Assembly: GCF_008831285.2 (NCBI RefSeq)
Contig: NC_045138.2
Span: 8,556,001-8,620,000, forward strand
Direction: 5' to 3'
Source: Nymphaea colorata
Taxonomy: Eukaryota
DNA length: 64,000 nucleotides
A program made the position numbers and the translations under genes. Positions 53,223 to 64,000 of this stretch are shown here, one piece after another. The notes beneath the pieces were generated by a model. The model saw only the letters and a list, made by a program, of their open reading frames with translations, was not told the origin of the DNA and ran no database searches. The stretch's first letter is position 1; each line of letters opens with the position of its first letter.

Positions 53223-55940
53223 ATGATGCTAAGACCAAAACAGGTTGTCCCCATTTGCAAGTGTGCAAGGTCTTTTATTCTTGCTGGTTCAAGAAGTAAC
53301 AACCAGGATGGTAGTGCATCTAGTTGTTCTGATGAGGAGAAGTGCACCTCAGAAAAGCATTCTAAGAAATCACATGCTTATTTTTCAAGAGACTTTTCCA
53401 CCTTGATATCTTCCACTAAAGGAGCATCTCCAACAAGGCCACGTGTTGTTTCTGGTAATGGAACAGCCAAAAGAGATGCCCATCCAGCTCCTTTGCCTCA
53501 CGTTGACCTTGTTTCGGGTTCAGAACTGGACAAAAGTCTTGTTTCACATGGCAAGGCACAAGATTATGGGCAAGATGAGAGTCATTCTCAGACGTTATTC
53601 ACTGAGCAGATCATCAAGGCAGGTGTTGCAACTGTGGGCTTTATCTCAGACATAGTGCAGTACTTTCCCACTTCAAATATAAATGCTTTAAATGTCATAC
53701 CTCAGAATTTCATGGTTGACCCAGGGAAGTCCAGTGGAAAATTGTCAAAGAGCAAGACTACAAAAATAACTAATCCTACTCAAGGGCACGACAAGTCATC
53801 TATTGATAAGGGGCCAAAAACTACTGTTTATGCTCATCATGATTGCAGTCAGCCTGCAAAACCGCATTCCAGAAAGGGAGCACAAAATCTTGAAGCCAAT
53901 TCTGCCAAAGCGCATTCTGAGATCCCTGGTCCATCGTCCTCATATCCTCAATATCTTGAAGCCAATTCTGCCAAAGCGCATTCTGAGATCCCTGGTCCAT
54001 CGTCCTCATGTCCTCAATATGAGCGTAAATGTATACCACAGGGATCAAAATCTTACCTTGATAGGAGACAGGGCAATCCGAAATTTTTCAGTGGGAAAGA
54101 GAAGATACCTCAAAAAAGAGAAACAGGAAAACTTCAAGGTACTGCATCTGTTGATAACTTTTGCAGAAACCCCTTGGCTTCAAAGAGCACAAGTATGGGG
54201 CCAGCCTCTTGGGCCAGGCAGGGAAGTTTTCCAAATGATGCAGCGAAAGGAGCTGAAGGTACTGTCTACAACACACTGAGACATCTCAAATGGTGGGGAC
54301 GTGCAGCAGAATCTTCTCTTAGGAACCTGAATTGCAACATGAATGCCTACCAAGCAAATCAACTATTGAAGTTGCTGAAAAACCATTCAGTGGCTCTTGG
54401 CTTTTTCTATTGGTTGAAACGTCAGCCAGGTTATAAGCATGACAGCCACTGCTACACCACAATGATTGGCATTCTGGGAAATGCTCAGCAATTTGCAATG
54501 ATAACTAGGTTGCTTGATGAGATGGTGAGAGATGGGTGTCAACCAAACGTGGTCACGTATAATCGTCTGATTCACAGTTATGGGAGAGCTAGTCTTCTCC
54601 CTGAGGCTGTCAACCTCTTCTACAAGATGCAGAAGGCTGGTTGTGAGCCTGACAGGGTCACATACTGCACCCTCATTGACATCCATGCAAAATCTGGCCT
54701 TTTTGATGTTGCAATGGATATGTACCACAGGATGCTTGAAGTGGGCCTCACACCAGATACATTTACATATGGCGTGATCATCAACTGCCTTGGAAAAGCT
54801 GGCCATCTGGCCCCTGCGTATAGGCTCTTCTGTGAGATGGTTGCAAGTGGATGTGTACCTAATATAATTACTTATAATATCATGATAACCCTGCATGCAA
54901 AGGCAAGAAATTTCTCTACTGCATTGAAACTTTACCAAGATATGCAAAATGCCGGTTTCCATCCTGATAACGTGACATACAATATCATTATGGAGGTGCT
55001 TGGTCATTGTGGGCATCTGGACCAAGCTGAAGCAGTTTTTGAACAGATGAAGAGGCAGAATTTGGTCCCAGATGAGCCGGTTTATGGTCTTCTAATTGAT
55101 CTGTGGGGCAAGGCGGGGAATATTTTGAAGGCTCAGAGATGGTATCAGTCTATGCTGGATGCTGGCTTGAAGCCAAATGTCCCAACATGCAACTCTTTGC
55201 TAAGCGCATTTCTTAGACTCCACTTGTTTGCCGATGCGTACAAGGTGCTGCAGTCGATGATGAGCTTAGGACTTAATCCTTCGTCGCAAACTTATACTTT
55301 GTTGCTTAGCTGCTGCACTGCAGACACATCATCACGTGAGGTTATGTTCTCCTGCCATGAGCTTATGTCAGTGACTGGTCATCCTGCACATTCTTTCTTG
55401 TCTACCATGCCATCAGCTGGGCCTGATGGCCAAAATGTGCGCGACCATGCAACCAAGTTTTTGGATTTGATGCATAAAGAGGACAGAGAGAGCAAGAGGG
55501 GTCTTGTGGATGCTGTTATAGACTTCCTCCATAAGTTTGATCTTAAGGAGGAGGCTGGTTCTGTTTGGGATGTTGCATCACTCAATGTCTATCCTCATGC
55601 AGTGACAGAGAAGCAGCAGTCTTATTGGCTCATCAATTTGCACTTTATGTCCAATGGGACTGCGGTTGTGGCTGTGTCAAGAACTTTGGCCTGGTTCAGA
55701 AAGCAGATGCTTGCATCTGGTGGTCTGTCACCTGACCGCATTGACATTGTTACTGGCTGGGGAAGGCGCAGCAGGGTCACTGGAACGTCTCTTGTGAGGC
55801 AGTCTGTGTATGATCTACTTCAAATATTTGGATTTCCTTTTGTTACTGAAAATGGTAATTGCGGCTGTTTTGTAGGGTATGGAGAGCCTCTCAACAATTG
55901 GTTGCATAATTCTTATGTGGAACGGATGCACCTTATATAA
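53223..55940 (+). CDS. P-class pentatricopeptide repeat protein with C-terminal SMR domain (At1g74750/At1g18900-like), 905 aa
   Basis: Uninterrupted ORF with tandem 35-aa PPR motifs (HCYTTMIGILG, VTYNRLIHSYG, VTYCTLIDIHAK, FTYGVIINCLG...). The C-terminal SMR reads INLHFMSNGTAVVAVSRTL...IDIVTGWGRRSRVTG...NCGCF. The ORF-track start (53127) appears to be intronic: TTTTTTGCAG|ATG at 53223 gives the family-like MMLRPKQ start. Confidence 0.93.
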   Translation: MMLRPKQVVPICKCARSFILAGSRSNNQDGSASSCSDEEKCTSEKHSKKSHAYFSRDFSTLISSTKGASPTRPRVVSGNGTAKRDAHPAPLPHVDLVSGSELDKSLVSHGKAQDYGQDESHSQTLFTEQIIKAGVATVGFISDIVQYFPTSNINALNVIPQNFMVDPGKSSGKLSKSKTTKITNPTQGHDKSSIDKGPKTTVYAHHDCSQPAKPHSRKGAQNLEANSAKAHSEIPGPSSSYPQYLEANSAKAHSEIPGPSSSCPQYERKCIPQGSKSYLDRRQGNPKFFSGKEKIPQKRETGKLQGTASVDNFCRNPLASKSTSMGPASWARQGSFPNDAAKGAEGTVYNTLRHLKWWGRAAESSLRNLNCNMNAYQANQLLKLLKNHSVALGFFYWLKRQPGYKHDSHCYTTMIGILGNAQQFAMITRLLDEMVRDGCQPNVVTYNRLIHSYGRASLLPEAVNLFYKMQKAGCEPDRVTYCTLIDIHAKSGLFDVAMDMYHRMLEVGLTPDTFTYGVIINCLGKAGHLAPAYRLFCEMVASGCVPNIITYNIMITLHAKARNFSTALKLYQDMQNAGFHPDNVTYNIIMEVLGHCGHLDQAEAVFEQMKRQNLVPDEPVYGLLIDLWGKAGNILKAQRWYQSMLDAGLKPNVPTCNSLLSAFLRLHLFADAYKVLQSMMSLGLNPSSQTYTLLLSCCTADTSSREVMFSCHELMSVTGHPAHSFLSTMPSAGPDGQNVRDHATKFLDLMHKEDRESKRGLVDAVIDFLHKFDLKEEAGSVWDVASLNVYPHAVTEKQQSYWLINLHFMSNGTAVVAVSRTLAWFRKQMLASGGLSPDRIDIVTGWGRRSRVTGTSLVRQSVYDLLQIFGFPFVTENGNCGCFVGYGEPLNNWLHNSYVERMHLI
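53889..54020 (+). repeat. In-frame 66-bp (22-aa) tandem duplication in the PPR N-terminal region
   Basis: LEANSAKAHSEIPGPSSSYPQY / LEANSAKAHSEIPGPSSSCPQY, with one nucleotide difference. Confidence 0.95.
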
Positions 55941-56432
55941 GCTTATTTATTAGGCAGCCTTTTTTTGATGAACTGTATTTGCTGGTGTGGCTTCTCTTGC
56001 ATATAAAACATTTGCAGTCTAAAATCCGTTCTGTTTATTGAGTACTAACTTGGGGATTGCAGTGTTTGTCAAGGCTATAAAAGTTAATATTGTTGTCACA
56101 GGTTGGAGACAAGCCCAAGAGGCCTATGCCGTATGCAGCTTCTCTGTAGCGGTTGAAACTATGTGCAAATATCTCTCTCTCGCTCTCTCTCTCTGTCTTG
56201 CACACACACACAAAAGCACGCCTCTGCGGGGACATACACTCACACATATAGTTGCTTGCTGAAGCTTTGGAAACATAGTTATGGAACCTTCTTAAACTTT
56301 GAAGCTGCCTTCACAAGCGTAGCATCATTCTCAACCATGTCGCATCGACACAGGCTCTTGGGTAGCCTCAGCAACACAGGTGGGGAAGCAGGTGTAGACA
56401 GCAACCAACAAGTCGCAGACATGTTCAGCAAT

Positions 56433-56463
<31 letters not shown>

Positions 56464-57261
56464 AGTAAATATCAGTCCTACTTTAGACTCAATAAACCAG
56501 GGAAAGAGTTTCCCTTCTTAACTTGCCCACAGAAGGTGGCTCTCTCTGGCAATCTTATCTAACTGAAGCTGGTTCTCTCTCTCTCTCTTTCTTTCTCTCT
56601 TTTTATGAAAAGGTGCAGGAGTTTCCACAACTGCTGTTCCTTTTAGTAGAATGAAATTGAAAACTTGATGTTTATGATGCATATTTTGCTATCGTGGTTG
56701 TTTTATTTGTTTATGAATTGTAATTTGTGAATGTATGTCTTGTCTGCTTAAAATTTATTATATATGTATATATATATGTATGACTCTCTAGATAGGATTT
56801 GAGTCTCAATAATAAACTTTCAGAACACACGCACACATATGCATCCAAGAGTTTGAAAATGCTTTGCTAACCACGCTCATGTGAGATAGCTTTCCGATTA
56901 TGTTACTTGTTTTGGTGACTGACTTGAAGGATGCTTAGGTTCGGCTAATGACCATTAGACTGAGTTGAAGAAAGAGTATGCGTATGGACAGTGGACTCCA
57001 ATCTTCAAGTTTGCTAGGCTGCTAGCTTTTACCAAATGTCTGTAGTGCTAAGACCTTGGAAGACTAATTTATTAGAGTTCGTAGTCCATAGTTATGAGGA
57101 AACTTGCTTTTCCTTTTGAAAAATAATTTCTAATTTGCATATTGCTTCACATGCCTCTTGGAAACGCATCACCTATTTCAATGTGTATTTTTTCAAACCA
57201 TGTGGCTTCCTCTTGCTGCATGTTTCACTTGTAGCTTCATGTATTTTAAATGTTATTACAT

Positions 57262-57292
<31 letters not shown>

Positions 57293-59144
57293 TTTAAAAA
57301 GAGAGAGAGAGAGAGATAGTTTCACAAAGAACTGTTGCTTGTGAAACCTTTCACCACTGCACATGCTCGTGGAGTCGCTCTTAAAAGTGTATGACATCAT
57401 AAGCTGTCCTCTTAAGTGTATATGGCATCGTAAGCTGTTGTTCTAATGACACCCATTCATCACCATGATGGATGATGCCGGTGTTAAATAACTCCTTGCT
57501 TGGTGGTTTGGCATATGACTGTTCTTTGTTAGGGGGTTAAAATATAATGTAACAAAATATATAAAATTTATAATTCTTAAAATAAAATTAACACTAATAT
57601 TGAAATGTGATTCTCACAGTGGAAAAGGTGATTAAACTGAAATTAATCAATTTGATTGATAGTTTACGAAGTAGTATATGTGAAGTTTTCTTTTCACACA
57701 GATAAATAGAAATTAGTATTTTAATAACTTTGATAGAATCATCAACAGTGGCGGAGCTTGTGTAAACAATCTCTCAAAATTTCTTTCTTGTTAAATGGGC
57801 ATCTTTAAACATTAATTAGAAAGAAAGCTTGGGATGCCGTCCAGATGGGTCCTGGGTCCCTCCTTCATTTGTTTGCCACCATTGTATAAACAGGTGTATT
57901 TTGGAAGAACCTCAATTTAAACAAACTGAAGTTGCATTTGATAGCCTCGGATCTTAGATCCGAAACTAAATTAAAAGACGTGCTTTAGAAGTTCCTCAAT
58001 TTAAACAAACTCATGACCTTTGGATTTCAAATTCATGTTTCATGTTAAAAATCATAGGTTTAAGGGTGGATTGAAGGGAGAGGAGGGTCGGACCTTAAAT
58101 CCATGGATTTGGGGTCCTACACATCAGATGTCAAATCACCTCAAACACAACCGCATGACCTCAAAAAAATGGATTTGAAATCTATGCTACATGTTAAAAC
58201 CATGCACTTAAGGTTGGATAGGAGAGGGAAGGGGTCCAATCTTAAATCCATGGAGATCTCAAATCAACGCAGATATCAGAAACCCAAGAGTAAATTCATC
58301 AAGTCCAGTAGAGTTCTATGTATAATTCCTCAAAAGAAGCATTAATAACTCAACTCACAAAATATTACCACATGTTAACAACTTAAAAAACAAAACCACA
58401 GTTATCACTTGTTCATTTGGAAAACTTGTTTGATATTTAAGAATTTGTGAGGCATAGCCCCCAAAATGAGCACTGGGTTTTCAATCAACCTATTAAAAGA
58501 AAAAGAAACAAAGGGCTGACAGCCACATGGCATGCACTTTGAAGATAAAGAAAATTGATTTGTTGAAGGATGCGTGTGTGGTTTTGGCGAAGACACGGCG
58601 ACAGAAGTCAAGGGAATTAAAGAGAGAGGGGAAATGTGGATTGATCGTCCACCAAAAGTTGACTTAATTTGTCCACATTAACGATGGATTGTAGCTGACC
58701 AATTTGTCAAATATTTACAACCAACCGTATCCAAGACCGTTCACACTAAGGCCTCCCCACCACCGGAAAAAAAAAAAAAAAGCTGATGAAAAGTCGTCGG
58801 AGTTCACTAAGATTGTCCGCCATGAGCTGGGACTGTCAACTACTTACATGTTTTTCTATATAAAATGTTAAATACCGAAGTTTATTATTTTTTGAATTGT
58901 AAAATATTAAAAACATTACTAAATATGCGTAAATGCTCATATTATATATTTTATTCATCTATAGTTGATGAAAAAATCAAACATGAATTCCTGATTGACT
59001 TACCTTCTTTATATATTTATATATATATATATAATTCCATCTAATCGGTCTATGGTTTTTCCCTTCTTTCAGCACGACTCGTGCCGGGTAAATGAACCAT
59101 CTCAAATGGGTAATCGACTTATCATTGATCATGTCAGGTGAAAT

Positions 59145-59410
59145 TGAGGATGTAAATGGATCGGTAAGATCAGATTACTGACCCAAAACTCGATTAGCCG
59201 AATCTTGTAAAGGAAAAAATTAACCAATTTTGTATGTAATTTAGTTATCTAAACCCGGATCCACATCTAAAACTAGATAAATTAAGATCTGACTGTATTA
59301 TACACGAAAGGCAGGTGTAAAAATCATTCTGGTTCTCCCAGGGAAAGAACCGCTTGCCGTAAACAGCGGATCTAATTCGAATTTTTACATTGTGCTCGTT
59401 TGCATCCCTA
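59145..59410. mobile_element. Ds-like hAT MITE remnant within duplicated block B
   Basis: Ends TGAGGATGTAAA / TTTGCATCCCTA resemble the Ac/Ds TIR TAGGGATGAAA. No TSD recognisable. Confidence 0.5.
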
Positions 59411-61898
59411 GTCTGTCAACCTCTTTTGAAGTCTCAAATTAATTAAATTGGGCTACACATTGAGTCAAGCTAACTAGGGCTTGACTCCAACTTGCTCATA
59501 AAAATTCAACTCAAGCTGGACTTATTTATAAACAAGCCGAGCTCAAGTTTAAATTTATGTTCTAAATGTTAAAAGATTTGAGTCCAAGTTGTAGAAACTC
59601 GACTCTTTTAAACCTAGCTTGACCCACCTAACTTTAACTGTTAGATGATCATTCATAATTGGATTAGCTAAAAAGAAACCAGCGAATTAACGAGTTGAAG
59701 ACAAAAAAAAAAAAAAAACGATAAATGTTAACATAACATAAACGAGTTATATATATACATCTTGTGCTCCGTCATCCGATGCATTAGTGCATTAGGTAAG
59801 CATATACTTCACAAAGCATATACTTCACAGAAATCCCGAACATCCCTTTCATTGTTTGCCAGTAAAGTCCAGTTCTAGTTGAAGGTAGAATTCCTCAAAT
59901 ATAAGCATTAATCACTGAACTTACAAAATATTACCGCATGTAAACAACTCCAAAACAAAAACTTAGTTCTCATTTATTAATTTGAAAAACTTTAATAATT
60001 TGTGAGGCATATATATATAGCCCTTAAACGAGGCTGGTTTCAATCAACCTTAGGATACAATGAATAGTTGTGAAAAAGAAAAAGAAAGGTCGACACAAGA
60101 GCTGCACATTGAAGATTATGAAGAAAATGGACCAAAGCACACTAAAAGAAGTCGAAGAAAATTAAAGAGAAGGAAAAAGAGGAAGCGTGGCTCAATTGTC
60201 CACCAAAAGTTGACCCAACCTGTCACCGATCAATTAGTTAAATATTTGCAGCCAACCTTACCTGAGACCGTTCAAACTAAAAAAAAAAAAGTCAAAAAGC
60301 GGATGAAAATGCTGTAAACATTCTTGCGGAACCATTTTTTTTGTTTTTTTTATATGAAGGGGCCGATATTCGTACTCTTCAACCGTCAGCCGCACTGAAC
60401 TGCGAGTTACGGGTTTGCCAATTATATTTTTATTTGTTTACAATATAATGATTTTAAATTAGTTTTATATCTTAAAACAAATAAAATGATAATATTTTTA
60501 TTAAAATATCAGTCAATATATTATGGAAGTTCACGTTTGAATATTATCTGCCGATATTTAAAAGGGGCGGTCATGCATTAGTCTGTTCTGATACTGACGG
60601 CGTTGACTTGCGGAAATGAAGAGTTGGAATCTTTTTATGCTTACAAGACGAAGAAAGTTTCGAAATTCTTCTTCAATCTCATAACCTTCTGAAAAACTTG
60701 TTCACGTGTTTGAAATGTCAGATGCGTTCATGGCTAGGTCAACGCCGCCAATTGTTTGGCACTCCGTCTCCACCACGTCACAATATAAACATAAACAACC
60801 ACGAGATACAGTATATGAGACATTCTTATATATAATTTTTTTGTTAAAGCCACCACAAATTGACTCTCATTGTAAACTATCACTAAATCTAATATAGTGG
60901 CTGTTTTTAGTGACAAATTTTAAAATTTTGAATATATATATATAAGGGAAATCGAGTTTGTTTGGCACTTAGCTCCACCTTATTTTTTTTAATTATATGT
61001 AAATTTAAAAAAAAATTACTTGTTTTATATAAAAATTTTGAAAAATGATATTTCGGTCATAATCAAAATTTAAAAACTTTAATTTGACCCCTCACCAAAA
61101 ATTTTTGGTTTCGCCCCTACTTAGAACTAATTTAAATATTATTGTCATATCAAAGTTAATCGCTTAATGGTAGCAAATAAAATGTTAGGTACATTCTAAT
61201 GATTGGCAATGGCATCTCAAAGTAATTGGTTGAGTGGTAATTACCATTTAGAATTCTGAGTCAAAACGACCCCGCAGATTAATCATGAGCAACTAAAAAG
61301 TTAAAGGCAAAAGCTGTAAGCTAGGGCGAGCACTTTTATATTTAGGGGAAGTTTGAAACAAATTTGCAGCTAAAGATTTTGGTAATAAAAGACACACAGA
61401 TGTTGTTAAAACCCCACATAAGTTTTGCACCATCAAGCAATAAATTTTTAAAAAACTAATTAAAATCTTAAGGGGCATTTGATAGCCTAGTATATAAAAT
61501 AGGAGGTGATTTGAGATTATTGATAATATACCACATCTAATGATTTGAGGTCGGACCTCCTTCCATCCGAGCTCAAATATAAGGCTTTGGACATAAACAA
61601 AGGATCTCAAATCCTCATTTTCATGCTGCGACGAAATTTGGTAATCGTTTACATAAAAGGAGTCTTAGATTAGCCTCGGATCTTAGAACACACCCTTATC
61701 TTCTCCCCAATCCTAAGGACATAGCACATAAATTGACTTAAATAACCACAATGCAAAACAAATTTCATGTTCAACGTTGCTAATTATACCCATTAGAATT
61801 AATATAGCATGAATTATATCTGTAAATGTATTTTTAACACATAAATTGGTTAATTAAGTGTTTTCCGTATATAATCTTAAGTTTCAAACGCTTAAGAG

Positions 61899-62153
61899 CA
61901 CGGGCGGTGCCTGGTCCCCCTTCAAAATTTTTTTTTTTTTGTTTAAAAGTTTACTTGTAAATTTTAGAAATATTTCACTTTTCTGATATAAAAAGTTTTT
62001 CAAGAAATATTTCACTTTTCTGATATAAAAAGTTTTTCAAGAAATATTTCACTTTTCTGATATAAAAAGTTTGAAAATGATATTTCGGCCCTTGTCAAAA
62101 TTTGAAAACTTTAATCCAGCCTTCCTCATTAAAAATTTCTAGCTCCGCCGCTG
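61899..62153. mobile_element. hAT-like MITE with a perfect 8-bp TSD and an internal 37-bp triplication
   Basis: CTTAAGAG flanks at 61891-61898 and 62154-62161; ends CACGGGCGG / CCGCCGCTG. AGAAATATTTCACTTTTCTGATATAAAAAGTTTTTCA is repeated about 3 times from 61966. A related older copy lies at ~60945-61118. Confidence 0.85.
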
Positions 62154-63094
62154 CTTAAGAGAGCATTTAAAATACAAAATTTCCTCCTTCTTTCAGCATG
62201 ACTCGCGCCATGTAAATGACCCATCTCAAATGGAGCTGTTTAATGAGTAATCAACTTATCGTTGATCATGTCATGAGGTGAAATTGAGGATGTAAATGGG
62301 TGGGTAAGATCAGATTATGGACCCAAACTCGATTGATTTAATCGAATCCTATAAAGCAAAAAGTCAAAACAATTTTGTGTATAATTTAGGCATCTAAATC
62401 CAGATCCAAATCTAAAACTCGATAAATTAAAATCTGACTTTATTATACATGAAAGGCAGGCCTTACGCTTGTACGGGTCAGGTTCAATTCAAAATCTTGA
62501 ATTCAAATCCAAAAACAATTCTACCTCTCTTTAAGAAAGAACCACTTGAAATATTGGATATGGTAAACAGTGGATCTAGTCCGGGTCCTATCGTGTTGGT
62601 TCGAATCACTAATCTGCCAACCACTTATGGGTCTTAAAAAATTAATTAAACGCAATACTAAGAAAGAAAAAGAAATCAAAAGATCCTTTCATAAAAGGTG
62701 TCAACTCCATTTTCTAATCTCCAATAAGTCAAAAAGGTTTTGAATGGCCTCCAATGGTCATGCATGACGTGGGTGGCAGGTTTCTTGTCAAACTTTGAAT
62801 GATTGTCACTTTTGTCAACTTAATATATATATATATATAATACTACTTAAGTAAAAACAAAAACCAAAGCCATTAATACTAACCAGTAATTTTGTAAGAA
62901 ATATATATTCAATTAATTTTTTTACTATAAAAATGTTTTTTAATAACAAAAAAATAGTTGACTGTGATATCATTAAAATTTTGATAGTAGAAAGATCAAT
63001 TTTTTATAAAAGTCATTTAAATTAAATTTAGATTTACTTTTTAAAATAAATAAATGTAAGAGGTCTAAATGGTCTGATATTTATTAATCACTCA

Positions 63095-63156
<62 letters not shown>

Positions 63157-63291
63157 ATAAAGAGTGGGAGAGAAGAGAGTTTGGTCAAGAACAAAACCCT
63201 GACCACGGCAAATGGAGAAGCTGGAGTCGGCAGCGGTTTCATATGACTGAGTCAGTCCTGTATTATATTATTATTATTATTATTATTACTA

Positions 63292-63584
63292 TTACAACCT
63301 TTTTCTTTTTTTACTATTATTTACTAAATATTGGTAGTCTGTCACCAGGCACTGTTGAGAGACTGTGTGAAACTTATTTGTTATTGTGGAATCACATGGC
63401 ATTGAGGAACCAGTGAAAGAAGATGAGATGGAGACAGGACGACGGAATTTAATGTAATCGGCAGAGAAAGAGAAGGAGGTGGTGGTGAATGCTTGTGGGG
63501 GATTCTTTAATGTGGCTGCTGAATTTAGTTGTCCCTGGAAACCGGTGTTGCCGACCACCGATTTACATGCAACAGGAGCATCCC
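63292..63584 (-). CDS. Probable terminal exon of an unidentified gene extending beyond the right edge
   Basis: Acceptor ATCACCAG|GG is followed by an open frame DAPVACKSVVGNTGFQGQLNSAATLKNPPQAFTTTSFSFSADYIKFRRPVSIS...KKRKRL*. GC is higher than in the flanks. Family not recognised. Confidence 0.45.
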
Positions 63585-64000
63585 CTGGTGATTATGATAC
63601 ACATCAATTGAACAAACACATTCACATATACGTTGTTGAATTATTTGCATTGACGATGAGATAACTTTATATATATATTTTTTTATTTACGGCTTGTTTT
63701 GTTGGAAAGGAAAGGAAAACATAGTCAATCCGGTGTTTGGTTAGTTAAGTAAGAAGGAGAGTAATGAATGGAAAACAAAAAAGTATGTTTGGTTGCAAAT
63801 GAAAGGAAAGAAAAAGAAATGGCAACTCAATATAAATCCAATCTATGTAAGCAAAAGAGTTTCTCATTTCCTTTCTATTCAAACAAACTTTATAATTATT
63901 TCTTTCTATTCCTTTACTTTCCTCTCCGTTTTCTCCCTATTCTTTTCCCCTCCTTTCCTTTTTATTCATTTTCATTTCTTTCTTTCATTTTCTTTCCCTC

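Larger units (their letters stand above)
58300..62610. repeat. Old local duplication: block A (58300-58810 / 59865-60315) and block B (59060-59410 / 62185-62610)
   Basis: A copies share AAGTCCAGT...AATTCCTCAAA...AAGCATTAAT...AAAATATTACC...CCACCAAAAGTTGAC. B copies share CCTTCTTTCAGCA...CATCTCAAATGG...GGTGAAATTGAGGATGTAAATGG...GTAAGATCAGATTA. Same order and orientation. Confidence 0.8.

Noticed and set aside
60060..60317. Lys/Arg-rich 85-aa ORF
   Set aside because: It arises from purine-rich sequence in duplicated block A, and the other copy of the block has no matching ORF in the track.
61966..62075. 37-bp repeats as a CRISPR-like array
   Set aside because: Head-to-tail with no spacers, inside a MITE, in a eukaryotic genome.

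Overview
Flowering-plant nuclear DNA (AT-rich, spliceosomal introns, many microsatellites). Three protein-coding genes are well supported. (1) A GT14 / GlcAT14-type glucuronosyltransferase (+, <1-4846, 4 coding exons in the window, 5' end outside it). (2) A 14-exon TTC38-like TPR gene (-, 20027-8730, 469 aa when spliced by hand). (3) A PPR-SMR gene whose coding region is a single exon (+, 53223-55940). A probable last exon of a fourth, unidentified gene lies at the right edge (-, 63584-63292). The TTC38-like and PPR-SMR genes are divergent and separated by about 30 kb of nested, decayed transposons: three related large solo LTRs, an Ale-like Ty1/copia interrupted in its integrase, L1-type LINEs, and hAT-like and Tourist-like MITEs. 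I found no clearly new multi-gene system. The most interesting signals are these: a 45-bp duplication that copies a TTC38 splice acceptor and creates a competing acceptor leading to a premature stop; a GC-AG first intron filled with a (CT)n tract; a ~60-bp motif conserved among three otherwise dissimilar solo LTRs; and an unidentified terminal exon with an FSADY motif. All coordinates were read by eye and no database searches were run.
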